A stretch of 56,472 nt of DNA, from IMG/VR virus record IMGVR_UViG_3300022309_000007, positions 1 through 56,472 of that record; one strand, given 5' to 3'. This stretch comes from a virus (Duplodnaviria > Caudoviricetes). Positions 1-7,366 of this stretch are shown here, piece by piece. Position 1 is the first letter of the stretch. Each line of letters starts with the position of its first letter. The position numbers were made by a program, and so were the translations under genes. Below the pieces are notes generated by a model, which worked only from the letters and a program-made list of their open reading frames with translations, was not told the origin of the DNA and did no database searches.

Positions 1-541
1 TCAGTTGTTTGTTTTGTGCCGACCGGGCCGCCGCCAACCCGGCCGCCGCCAACCAAGCCGACCGGTCCGCCGCCAACCAAGCCGACCGGTCCGCCGCCAA
101 CCAAGCCGACCGGTCCGCCGCCAACCCGACCGCCGCCAACAGTTCAGCGTCAGTAATCTCGCTCTCTCGCCATGCTCGTGTAGCTGCGATAGCCGCAACG
201 CTTCGCGGATCAGGGTTCTTGATGTTCTTCAACGCTTGCTCTTCACACCAACAGGCGAACTCATGCAGAACGGTAGAAGCATCAGCCATAGCAATAACGG
301 TACGCTCGGATGCTACCGACTTGTCGTCTTGATGCAGTATCCTGCCGCCCAACTCCACGCGACAGACCACGGGGCCAGGCGCATACTTCAAAGCATCAAA
401 CAGACGCTTTGTTGCGTGAAAGCCCGACTTGCACATAACCAGTGAGTCGGGATCACATTTGAATGTATGGCCGACTCTAACTAACCGGCCATCCTTGTAG
501 CCGAGTTTCTTGTTCTCGGCCAGAAAATGCCACGCTTTCAT
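1..541 (-). CDS. Early hypothetical protein, truncated by the window edge, with Ala/Trp-rich repeat tail (absent from ORF track)
   Basis: ATG at 541 right after the AGGAGCACTAGAC linker; open frame MKAWHFLAENKKLGYKDG...CKSGFHA...DALKY...PDPRSVAAIAATRAW...(LAADRSAW)n running off position 1. Confidence 0.85.
   Translation of the reverse strand, partial: MKAWHFLAENKKLGYKDGRLVRVGHTFKCDPDSLVMCKSGFHATKRLFDALKYAPGPVVCRVELGGRILHQDDKSVASERTVIAMADASTVLHEFACWCEEQALKNIKNPDPRSVAAIAATRAWRESEITDAELLAAVGLAADRSAWLAADRSAWLAADRSAWLAAAGLAAARSAQNKQL
28..140. repeat. 24-bp tandem repeat CCGCCGCCAACCAAGCCGACCGGT x3 plus degenerate flanking copies
   Basis: Perfect units at 43-66, 67-90, 91-114; core CCGCCGCCAAC also at 28, 115, 130; in-frame coding repeat. 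Confidence 0.95.
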
Positions 542-545
542 CAGT

Positions 546-776
546 CTAGTGCTCCTGTATTTTAGCTCCGATTAGTTCACGGTTGAACCAGCGCACGATA
601 ACACGCAGATCGAAGTCATTGATGCCCTCACCGAGTGACGTAGCTTTCATAAGCCGTCTAGTGAGTCTGTTCGTTTCTTTCAGGTCCCAGGCAGGCAACT
701 TCATATCGTTGCGCATTGCAATGATGCGCCTTCTAACGTTGTTACGCCGGGCCTGAATCAGTTCGGATTCTGTCAC
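546..776 (-). CDS. Hypothetical protein (76 aa)
   Basis: GTG start after linker at 780-792; TAG stop lies inside the next linker. Confidence 0.75.
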   Translation of the reverse strand: MTESELIQARRNNVRRRIIAMRNDMKLPAWDLKETNRLTRRLMKATSLGEGINDFDLRVIVRWFNRELIGAKIQEH

Positions 777-807
777 GCGGTCTAGTGCTCCTAAGCTCCA
801 AGGTCAA

Positions 808-896
808 TGCCGGCCCGCGTCCTACCTCGCAGCAAACGGCGGGAGCTATGCGCCGTTCGGGGGTGCGCCGGTAACATCTAGGGACGCGGACCGGCA
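808..896 (-). ncRNA. Candidate structured RNA element (15-bp closing stem plus inner 7-bp hairpin)
   Basis: 808-822 pairs with 882-896 (one G-U on the minus-strand RNA); AACGGCG/CGCCGTT inner stem. Confidence 0.4.
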
Positions 897-936
897 AAAT
901 TAGTTTAGGTTCGATTTGCCTGGTAGTCAATGCCGT

Positions 937-1308
937 CTAGCAATAAATCAAACCGTCGTCGCCTTGGTACAAGCACAGTTCCCCATACTTTTCGGCGCTT
1001 TTGGTCAATAAGTCGCGATAGCAAGCCGGCCATTCATCATCCCGGAATCCAACGCCATGCCCTTGCCGTGTCATATAAAAGTCGTGACCGGCTTGCGCAA
1101 TCGAATCATCGAAAGCATTCCGGCATACTTCCCCCGTAATATAGCACCTAAAGCGGCGCCAGAATGAGCGACAGTCAGCCTCAATATCAAGTCGGCACTC
1201 TTCGCTTAGGTCCGCATCCCTGTCCGGCTGGCCGTCTTCGCCAGTATCGGCGATATAAAATGCTTCGATAAATGCGTCTGTAAAATGTTTTAAGTCTGAT
1301 TCGTTCAT
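937..1308 (-). CDS. Conserved phage hypothetical protein (AGHDFxxTRxGHGxGF motif)
   Basis: ORF with linker RBS; motif I recognise from other phage early proteins. Confidence 0.8.
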   Translation of the reverse strand: MNESDLKHFTDAFIEAFYIADTGEDGQPDRDADLSEECRLDIEADCRSFWRRFRCYITGEVCRNAFDDSIAQAGHDFYMTRQGHGVGFRDDEWPACYRDLLTKSAEKYGELCLYQGDDGLIYC

Positions 1309-1309
1309 G

Positions 1310-1387
1310 GTCTAGTGCTCCTATTTTGCCAATACTAACCCCAAGGGTATACCCTAGATCGCGTGTCCTGGGGCACTACACGCGGTC
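1310..1387 (-). promoter_or_regulatory. About 78-bp duplicated leader, copy 1 (putative early promoter/RBS module)
   Basis: Aligns with 2851-2927: GTCTAGTGCTCCTwTTTTGCCAATAsTAACCCCAAGGGTA...GGGCA..CACGCGGTC. Confidence 0.65.
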
Positions 1388-1443
1388 GAATCCAAGTGAT
1401 TCGCAGCTAAACCCCGCGTTTGGCAGGGTTTAGCGGCTATCAC

Positions 1444-2298
1444 TCACGCGACCGATTTTTCGCTTTCCGCTTTGATATCGTAATCGAACGGAAATTCAAC
1501 CAGGATATCGAGCAGCGCGCTTTTAACTGCCGCGCTCATTGGTTGCCGCCAGCCGAAACCGAAGCGCCCGGTGCGCGAGTAGTAAATCACGTTGTCAGTC
1601 GGCACGTTGTGATCCATAAGCCACAACATGCCGTCGCGCTCAACGACTGCCGCGCCGGTTTCTTTGGTCACGCTGTCAAGCTTTTCCTGATACTTGTCCA
1701 GCACGCGCTGCCGTTCGCGTTCGCGCCTCTTGACAGCCCGCGAATCCTTGCCGACCGTTTGCCGTTCGATGTACCGCGGTATCAGCCAGGCAGCTTCGGA
1801 ATCCGTGAGCGGTTTACGCTTTGGCAAGTGCTCGGAGCACGGCCGCATACGCAGTAAGAACAGGTCAAACTCTTTTAAGTATACGCTGTCCAAACACTTG
1901 TCGCAAAATGCGTTACCGACCGGTTCGCGGTGTCCGCAATAGCCGCAAACGGCAGTATTCTCACGAATGGCGCGCATTTCGTCGGTAATTTCAAGCCAAT
2001 GCCCGCGCTTGCAAGACTTAGCAATCAATGCCGGATATTCCTCATAGTGATCGAACACGCGGCGCCCGTCGGTCGTATTCCATTGATTCGAGAAAAGGAA
2101 TTCCGTTTCGAGTTCGACGGTTTCGACGTATTCGCGCTCACCGTACGGTATTACGACTCGTTTTGAGCCTTCGCCGCCCCAGGAATTCATCCAGACGCGC
2201 GGACCGTCGGCGTCGATCCGTTCGCGCACGGCCTTATAGGCCGCGTGCTGGTCCGAATCATTAATGTTGAATTGGTAATGATGTAATTGCGTTTTCAT
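1444..2298 (-). CDS. Hypothetical protein with CxxC-x9-CxxC zinc-ribbon motif (284 aa)
   Basis: Long ORF, AGGAG RBS, CGYC...CDKC. Confidence 0.85.
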   Translation of the reverse strand: MKTQLHHYQFNINDSDQHAAYKAVRERIDADGPRVWMNSWGGEGSKRVVIPYGEREYVETVELETEFLFSNQWNTTDGRRVFDHYEEYPALIAKSCKRGHWLEITDEMRAIRENTAVCGYCGHREPVGNAFCDKCLDSVYLKEFDLFLLRMRPCSEHLPKRKPLTDSEAAWLIPRYIERQTVGKDSRAVKRRERERQRVLDKYQEKLDSVTKETGAAVVERDGMLWLMDHNVPTDNVIYYSRTGRFGFGWRQPMSAAVKSALLDILVEFPFDYDIKAESEKSVA

Positions 2299-2459
2299 TT
2301 TCCTATGCTCCTATTGTAAGCCCGCACCAGGTCGCGACGAACCACGACAGGCGACGGGACGTTGTTGCGTTCATTCCAGAATTGGTCTGTTAGTGAATAA
2401 GCTTCCGTACCCTTACGGGATGACGGTATAACCTTTTGACGGGCTGGCGTTGTTTTCAC
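2295..2459 (-). CDS. Small basic hypothetical protein (54 aa, GTG start)
   Basis: AGGAGCTAA linker just upstream of GTG at 2459; ATGA overlap with next gene. Confidence 0.6.
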   Translation of the reverse strand: MKTTPARQKVIPSSRKGTEAYSLTDQFWNERNNVPSPVVVRRDLVRAYNRSIGK

Positions 2460-2463
2460 GTTT

Positions 2464-2637
2464 TTAGCTCCTGTAAAATAGCCGCGCAATGCATTCAAGG
2501 CGCGGCTGTCCAAAATCATGATGCGCCAGCCAATGCCAGAATGCAATATCCTGGCACTCGCCGAGTTCGACGTGTTCAATAATAGCGTAATCCGTTGTTA
2601 CGGTATTACCTTCGAGTGTGATGTGATGTCCTATCAT
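2464..2637 (-). CDS. Small hypothetical protein MIGHHITLEG... (57 aa, absent from ORF track)
   Basis: ATG directly after linker 2638-2650; TAA stop inside next AGGAGCTAA linker. Confidence 0.6.
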   Translation of the reverse strand: MIGHHITLEGNTVTTDYAIIEHVELGECQDIAFWHWLAHHDFGQPRLECIARLFYRS

Positions 2638-2639
2638 GT

Positions 2640-2849
2640 CTAGTGCTCCTTTATCGAACTAGCCGCGTCAAACAGAATCGATCCGCGGTAAGTCCAAATC
2701 CGCGCGGCGGCCGTATACGGCGGACCATTTTCTCGCAGTACATTACCCCGGTTACGGCATATTTCGGCCAAAGCTTCTATGATATAGGGTAGCCCGAACT
2801 GCTCTATTCCTTGCTCCAATACTTCACAAAAGTTCTCTACATTGTTCAT
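2640..2849 (-). CDS. Hypothetical protein (69 aa)
   Basis: Bounded by two linker copies. Confidence 0.75.
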   Translation of the reverse strand: MNNVENFCEVLEQGIEQFGLPYIIEALAEICRNRGNVLRENGPPYTAAARIWTYRGSILFDAASSIKEH

Positions 2850-2850
2850 T

Positions 2851-2927
2851 GTCTAGTGCTCCTTTTTGCCAATAGTAACCCCAAGGGTACCCCCGAGAAA
2901 ATCGATTACAGGGCATCTCACGCGGTC
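2851..2927 (-). promoter_or_regulatory. Duplicated leader, copy 2
   Basis: See 1310-1387. Confidence 0.65.
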
Positions 2928-3591
2928 ACTTTTCAAGAATCCGGCTCCATTGGTCGGCCATTGCGTCCGCAATGCCGGGATATGTGTTACTGCGAATTTG
3001 CCAGCGATCCTCGGACGGTCCAAGCCGGTTCTGTCCCGAGTCAGTCTGATTAGCCCACCGTTCAACAAGCTTGCCGTTGTGCTCAACCTGGCGGCCGGCA
3101 ATCCGTCTAGTGCGCCTCAGCAAAGGAAAGCCGCGAATCCATAAACCGGTCCTTTTGCTGGCATCCTCGCCGAAATCGTATGGCTGTATATATTGCGGCT
3201 TCGGCATATCGGATAGCCGCGAGTTAATGACGCCGACCGGGTTTTCTATGCACAACCGGTCGATGCCGCAGTTCCAAAGATCGAAAACAAACGTTAATGC
3301 CTTTTCACGGGCAGCACGGCGCGCAGCGCCTGTTAACGTGCCCGGCTTGATATTTTTGGTCTGTACGTCTCTGTAGGCCCATTCCGCAGAGCAGCATAGA
3401 TAGGTGCATGGTGGGTGCGCGATCAGCGCGTCCCAATGCCGCGAGGCGATCACGTCTAATACGTCGCCGACAATATGGTAAGGGCTGCCGGACTGATCCG
3501 GCAGCAAGTCACACGAATAGGCGTCAATGCCGCGTGCCCGGAAAGCGTCGCGCACCGTGCCGGATGATTCGCAGCCGACTAGAAGGCTCAT
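2926..3591 (-). CDS. DNA (cytosine-5)-methyltransferase-like protein (short phage type)
   Basis: SAM-binding start LLVGCESSG, CDLLP, catalytic HPPC, IENPVG, K-x-T-x-LW motifs. Confidence 0.8.
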   Translation of the reverse strand: MSLLVGCESSGTVRDAFRARGIDAYSCDLLPDQSGSPYHIVGDVLDVIASRHWDALIAHPPCTYLCCSAEWAYRDVQTKNIKPGTLTGAARRAAREKALTFVFDLWNCGIDRLCIENPVGVINSRLSDMPKPQYIQPYDFGEDASKRTGLWIRGFPLLRRTRRIAGRQVEHNGKLVERWANQTDSGQNRLGPSEDRWQIRSNTYPGIADAMADQWSRILEK

Positions 3592-3971
3592 TCTGTCGGG
3601 TCGAATGAATCAGCAGCCCCGAGCGCATCGGCCAGCGAATCGCCGTTGTACAGTTCCGCGACTTGGTCGCACTCGTCGTAGACGCATACCAGAAACCGCG
3701 CGCCTTGCATTTCACGCTCGCCGGGATCGCGGGCGTCTGACCATATCTTGATGTAGCGTCCGTCCGGTCGGTCATGGAAAAGAATAGGCCGTACAAACGA
3801 GACGCATACGTCATTGTGCCAGCTATCATCTTCAAAGCCGGCAGCCTCAATGGCTGCTACTTCGTTGTAGTGAGGCTGCATATAATCCTCGAATTCACGT
3901 TGTCTTAATGGCAATTGTGCTTCTCGCTCAATTGCTTCTGCGTCCGGTCTGTTCATGCTTATTGTGGTCAT
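3588..3971 (-). CDS. Acidic hypothetical protein (127 aa)
   Basis: AGGAGCTAATACC linker before ATG; ATGA overlap with methylase. Confidence 0.75.
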   Translation of the reverse strand: MTTISMNRPDAEAIEREAQLPLRQREFEDYMQPHYNEVAAIEAAGFEDDSWHNDVCVSFVRPILFHDRPDGRYIKIWSDARDPGEREMQGARFLVCVYDECDQVAELYNGDSLADALGAADSFDPTE

Positions 3972-4044
3972 GGTATTAGCTCCTCATCAGTACCAGCTCT
4001 TAAGGCGGCTGGTAGACACTGGCCAGAGCCAGTGTTTCGGGCGC

Positions 4045-4305
4045 CTAAATATCGCTGTTCACAATTTCAGACATCACGGATTCGATTGCATAGCAATATT
4101 CGAGTGTCCGCATCGCGCCATTGTGCCGTTCAATCGCATTGACGCGGCGAATCGCCCGGTTGGTCACATTGAACCGACCGCGAATAGGCCATAAGTGCGA
4201 TTCATCTTGTGCGCGATACGCTTTGTTGATAATGCGACGCGCTGCCAAGTCGCTTGACGCGCTATCGGCCAGCGCGGCTATATCTTCGGCAGTTTTGATA
4301 TTCAT
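4045..4305 (-). CDS. Hypothetical protein (86 aa)
   Basis: GGAGCTAATGAC linker before ATG. Confidence 0.75.
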   Translation of the reverse strand: MNIKTAEDIAALADSASSDLAARRIINKAYRAQDESHLWPIRGRFNVTNRAIRRVNAIERHNGAMRTLEYCYAIESVMSEIVNSDI

Positions 4306-4333
4306 GTCATTAGCTCCCTCGAAAATACCCTTA

Positions 4334-4684
4334 TTAGCCTATTTGCTCACTACAGTGCGAACAATAATTCGGTTCGTAATCCGGATCACAGTCCGGCTCG
4401 TTTAAGTCTTGATATTCCGTCTCGATATCAAGAGCGATAACGTGCCAACCGTCGCCGGGATTAGAATGCGCGATCTGCCAATACTCGGACCGGCAGCAGT
4501 CCGCGCAAAGCGTGCCACCGTCGTCGGTAATAGCGTATAACGAATAGCCGCCGGGAAACGAATAACGGATACGTGCCACGTAGCGGGCAATATCCGCCGG
4601 TCGGTCCATGTCATACTTATCATTGCGCCATATACAGCCTATTTCCTTAGAAACGGACCGGTAGTTTTCAATAATGTTGTTCAT
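4334..4684 (-). CDS. Phage hypothetical protein with two CxxC pairs (PGGYxLYxxTxDGGxLCxxC)
   Basis: Linker RBS; CADC and CSHC motifs. Confidence 0.8.
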   Translation of the reverse strand: MNNIIENYRSVSKEIGCIWRNDKYDMDRPADIARYVARIRYSFPGGYSLYAITDDGGTLCADCCRSEYWQIAHSNPGDGWHVIALDIETEYQDLNEPDCDPDYEPNYCSHCSEQIG

Positions 4685-4724
4685 GGTATTAGCTCCTATC
4701 TTTTGGTAACTGCAAGCGTTTTTA

Positions 4725-4940
4725 TCATTTCTTATCTAGCCTAGATTGTTCTATCAACTCGAAATAGAAGTCACCACCAAGCTCGCTTGTGTTGAAGTTG
4801 TCGCCGAGTAGCTCATAAAACTGAACAGCCAATCTCATTACAGAAACACTAAGAGCACTGTCATTACTGTGATTGATTGCGAATCGATGTAAAGTTTGTA
4901 GAGCCGCAGAAACGTTTTCTACTTGTTTGTCATATCTCAT
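4725..4940 (-). CDS. AT-rich hypothetical protein (71 aa)
   Basis: GGAG RBS, fills gap in the early string. Confidence 0.65.
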   Translation of the reverse strand: MRYDKQVENVSAALQTLHRFAINHSNDSALSVSVMRLAVQFYELLGDNFNTSELGGDFYFELIEQSRLDKK

Positions 4941-4964
4941 CGCTTCTCTCCCGTCAGTGAACGA

Positions 4965-5171
4965 TTAAAGGCTGAAAAAATTCTCAACCGCTTCGATAGC
5001 GGTTTCAGCGTGACTAAATACCGCGTGCCGCTCAGCTTCCGGTAAATCACAGCTAACTGCTTTCGGCATGCTGCCGTATGTTGTCCATGCGACTTCGTGA
5101 TTTGCAAGCGTCAAGACTAACGTTTGGCCGCCTTTATGTACTTTCATTGTGTAGCGCTTGTTCATTGTCAT
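4965..5171 (-). CDS. First gene of the early arm, hypothetical (start 5171 or 5165)
   Basis: GGAGCTAAT linker; downstream of putative promoter. Confidence 0.7.
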   Translation of the reverse strand: MTMNKRYTMKVHKGGQTLVLTLANHEVAWTTYGSMPKAVSCDLPEAERHAVFSHAETAIEAVENFFSL

Positions 5172-5196
5172 TAGCTCCAGTCAGTGAACGGTTACC

Positions 5197-5224
5197 GTTA
5201 TACGCTCATTCTCAGGGGAAGCAA
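5197..5224 (-). promoter_or_regulatory. Putative sigma70 early promoter (TTGCTT-16-TATAAC)
   Basis: -35 at 5224-5219, -10 at 5202-5197, just upstream of the first leftward gene. Confidence 0.45.
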
Positions 5225-5245
5225 TTAAATACCTGATATCGCTCG

Positions 5246-6287
5246 CAAGCTATTGATTTTAGGTAGCCCCGATAGCGGATACTTTTCGTAATTTGCGCAA
5301 AACGTCTCAAAAACGGCATACCTAAGCCAAAATAATGTCAAAGTAACCCCATTTATTTTCAGAGCCGGTTTTATCGTGTAAACACGAGCCGGAATAGATA
5401 GGTTTACATGAAAATAAATATCCTGGAATATCAATAACTTATGCTTGAAACATAGCTTGCAACACTTGCAACATGGTTTCACGTGCAAGTGTTGCAAATG
5501 GTGTTGCAACGTAAGTTATTGATTCGCCAGGGTAAATCGGCAAGTCGGGCTTATATGTGCAACATCTAATATAAGGGGGTTGTATATACAAGTTAAAACA
5601 CTGTTGCGGGTGTTGGTTTGCAACACCCCATGTTGCAACGTAAATCATTGAAACTTATAAGCTTATGACGGTTGCAACACTTGCAACACGGCTGCAACTG
5701 TTGCAAGTGTTGCAATAGGGCAAAATGGCGTTCTCAACAGTGTCCCCCCACACACTATGTGTGGGGGGACTGTTGAAAGCCAGCGACGCGGATCAGTTGA
5801 AAGGATGTCAACACAAGCACACGGCGCGCTGTCCTACCCTGTGACCATAAGCCCGGCCAGTACGTCACCGTCATACGCTTATAAGGTGTCAACCTAACAT
5901 GTGTCTGATTGACACGCTGATATGCTCAACATGGCCTAGCATTTATGCGGCCTACAGCATGGCGCTGCGACCAGGTTACGTTGACACGGCCAGCCTGGCT
6001 GGCCGTATGACGTTGAGACGGGGGGTAGGGGTCTCGCTGGCGCGCCTCAGAAAAAGGGCTTTCGGAATGCGGATGCCGCGAATATCGTTACCCCTGCCCG
6101 CGCAAAATTCGAATTTTGAAATTAAATCGATGTCAATCAAACACTTAACGTCTAAACGTTACACGCGCACACGCTTTTAAGCGCAGCTTATCCGGGATAG
6201 CCTGCTCTTAAAAGCAGACGATCGTCATACGCTACAACGTATAAGCCGCCGGTATACGCGACAGCGTATCATCGTAACACCTTGATT
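5246..6287. promoter_or_regulatory. Cluster of five IHF-consensus sites (WATCAANNNNTTR)
   Basis: Exact matches at 5246-5258(-), 5429-5441(+), 5512-5524(-), 6135-6147(+), 6275-6287(-). Confidence 0.6.
5429..5776. repeat. TTGCAACA-type repeat and palindrome cluster; candidate replication origin
   Basis: 14-bp IR 5457-5470/5484-5497, perfect 17-bp IR 5672-5688/5699-5715, 19-bp bulged hairpin 5734-5776. Confidence 0.75.
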
Positions 6288-6497
6288 TCGTTCAGGGGAC
6301 ACTTTTCACCATACAAGTTGTGGGGGATATCTCCTGCAAACGTGCGGACCATCAAATCGTAATACCGTCCCCCGGTTAAACGCTCAGCCCTCCGCGGCCG
6401 GCGTGTTACGAGGTCTGCTCGATAAAACGCTCGCCCCTTCGAGTCGCCAAGCGTCTTGAGGGGGCGAGTTCACTCAAAACAGGGTTTCTTACCGATC

Positions 6498-6725
6498 ATG
6501 CACAAACTGCTGCCGCTGTTGCTGATAATGGCCTGTTCGCCGTTAACGGAACAGCAGCGGTATGATAGTGACGATCGGCTGATCCAAGCTCGAGAACAGT
6601 ATGAACTTCGACGCCAGGCGTGCCGGCAGAACGGCGGGATCATGGAGATCAGAAGTCACGGTAAGTTAGGAAGACACGACTATGCAGATTACAAACTGGC
6701 TCATTGCGTTCGCTCTAACCATTAG
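6498..6725 (+). CDS. Putative lipoprotein
   Basis: MHKLLPLLLIMA-C signal/lipobox from ATG 6498; two further Cys. Confidence 0.6.
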   Translation: MHKLLPLLLIMACSPLTEQQRYDSDDRLIQAREQYELRRQACRQNGGIMEIRSHGKLGRHDYADYKLAHCVRSNH

Positions 6726-6727
6726 CG

Positions 6728-7366
6728 ATGTACTCGCAGGTTAACGGTATAAGCTCGGCGGACTTTCTGGACGACGTTCTGCCGAACGACGAGATAACGC
6801 TCGACGACGACTCGTGGCTGGAGATAGAAGCGCCGACCACCGGTTTGTCCAAACGGGCTCCCGTGATGCAATCCGGTGGGCAGAATGGCGTCGATCGGAT
6901 TTGGTGGACCGACGGCGAGTACGTATGGTTCCGTCGTGCTCAGTCCAATCCTGAGACCTTAAAACGTCATAACGACTTCTGCAAGTCCGGTGACTACCGG
7001 CACGTCGAGACGCAGGACGGTGTGGAGATATACCAGCTCCAGCCGCAATCGCCCTTCGCTGTCAAGAAAACTCTCGATATCGGCCAGATGGACATGTACA
7101 ACGTCCGGCGCCAAGCGGTCAAAGCGGCCTGCCGGCGCGACTGGAAGACCTACCGCGACATCATGATGTTTCTGCGGGAACGGGTGGTGGCGAAGCACGG
7201 CGCGAATGCGGCCGGTGCTGAGATGGAGTACGCCGACTTGTATCAGGCCGTGATGGCGGCCATCGACATGCGCCACGGGCCGTCTGCCAACGAGGTTAAC
7301 CAAGAGCTGATGGCTCTGGCTTCTAAGGGCAAGAAGACCGGCTCCATGCTGATATCGGTGGGATGA
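6728..7366 (+). CDS. Hypothetical protein (212 aa)
   Basis: Long ORF in operon, ATGA overlap with TerS candidate. Confidence 0.8.
   Translation: MYSQVNGISSADFLDDVLPNDEITLDDDSWLEIEAPTTGLSKRAPVMQSGGQNGVDRIWWTDGEYVWFRRAQSNPETLKRHNDFCKSGDYRHVETQDGVEIYQLQPQSPFAVKKTLDIGQMDMYNVRRQAVKAACRRDWKTYRDIMMFLRERVVAKHGANAAGAEMEYADLYQAVMAAIDMRHGPSANEVNQELMALASKGKKTGSMLISVG

Larger units (their letters stand above)
544..2863 (-). repeat. Five perfect copies of the 13-bp linker AGGAGCACTAGAC (RBS, sometimes containing the upstream stop)
   Basis: GTCTAGTGCTCCT on + at 544, 780, 1310, 2638, 2851, each 0-3 nt from a minus-strand start codon. Confidence 0.92.

Noticed and set aside
28-140. CRISPR-like array
   Set aside because: Units are contiguous without unique spacers and are in-frame coding repeats
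1335-1355. T7-like terminator or T7-type RNAP promoter (CCCTTGGGG)
   Set aside because: No hairpin-plus-T-run and no single-subunit RNA polymerase gene
544-2863. Linker repeats as CRISPR repeats or integron attC sites
   Set aside because: Only 13 bp, separated by whole genes, no attC-type dyad, no cas operon or integrase
3105-3117. 12/13 match to the linker inside the methylase
   Set aside because: The mismatch breaks the AGGAG core and the downstream 2853..3101 ORF overlaps a better-supported gene; probably chance
5225-6180. ORFs 5225..5509, 5439..5648 and 5899..6180 (Cys-rich PCCKCCK)
   Set aside because: Translations of the TTGCAACA repeats, without RBS or family motifs
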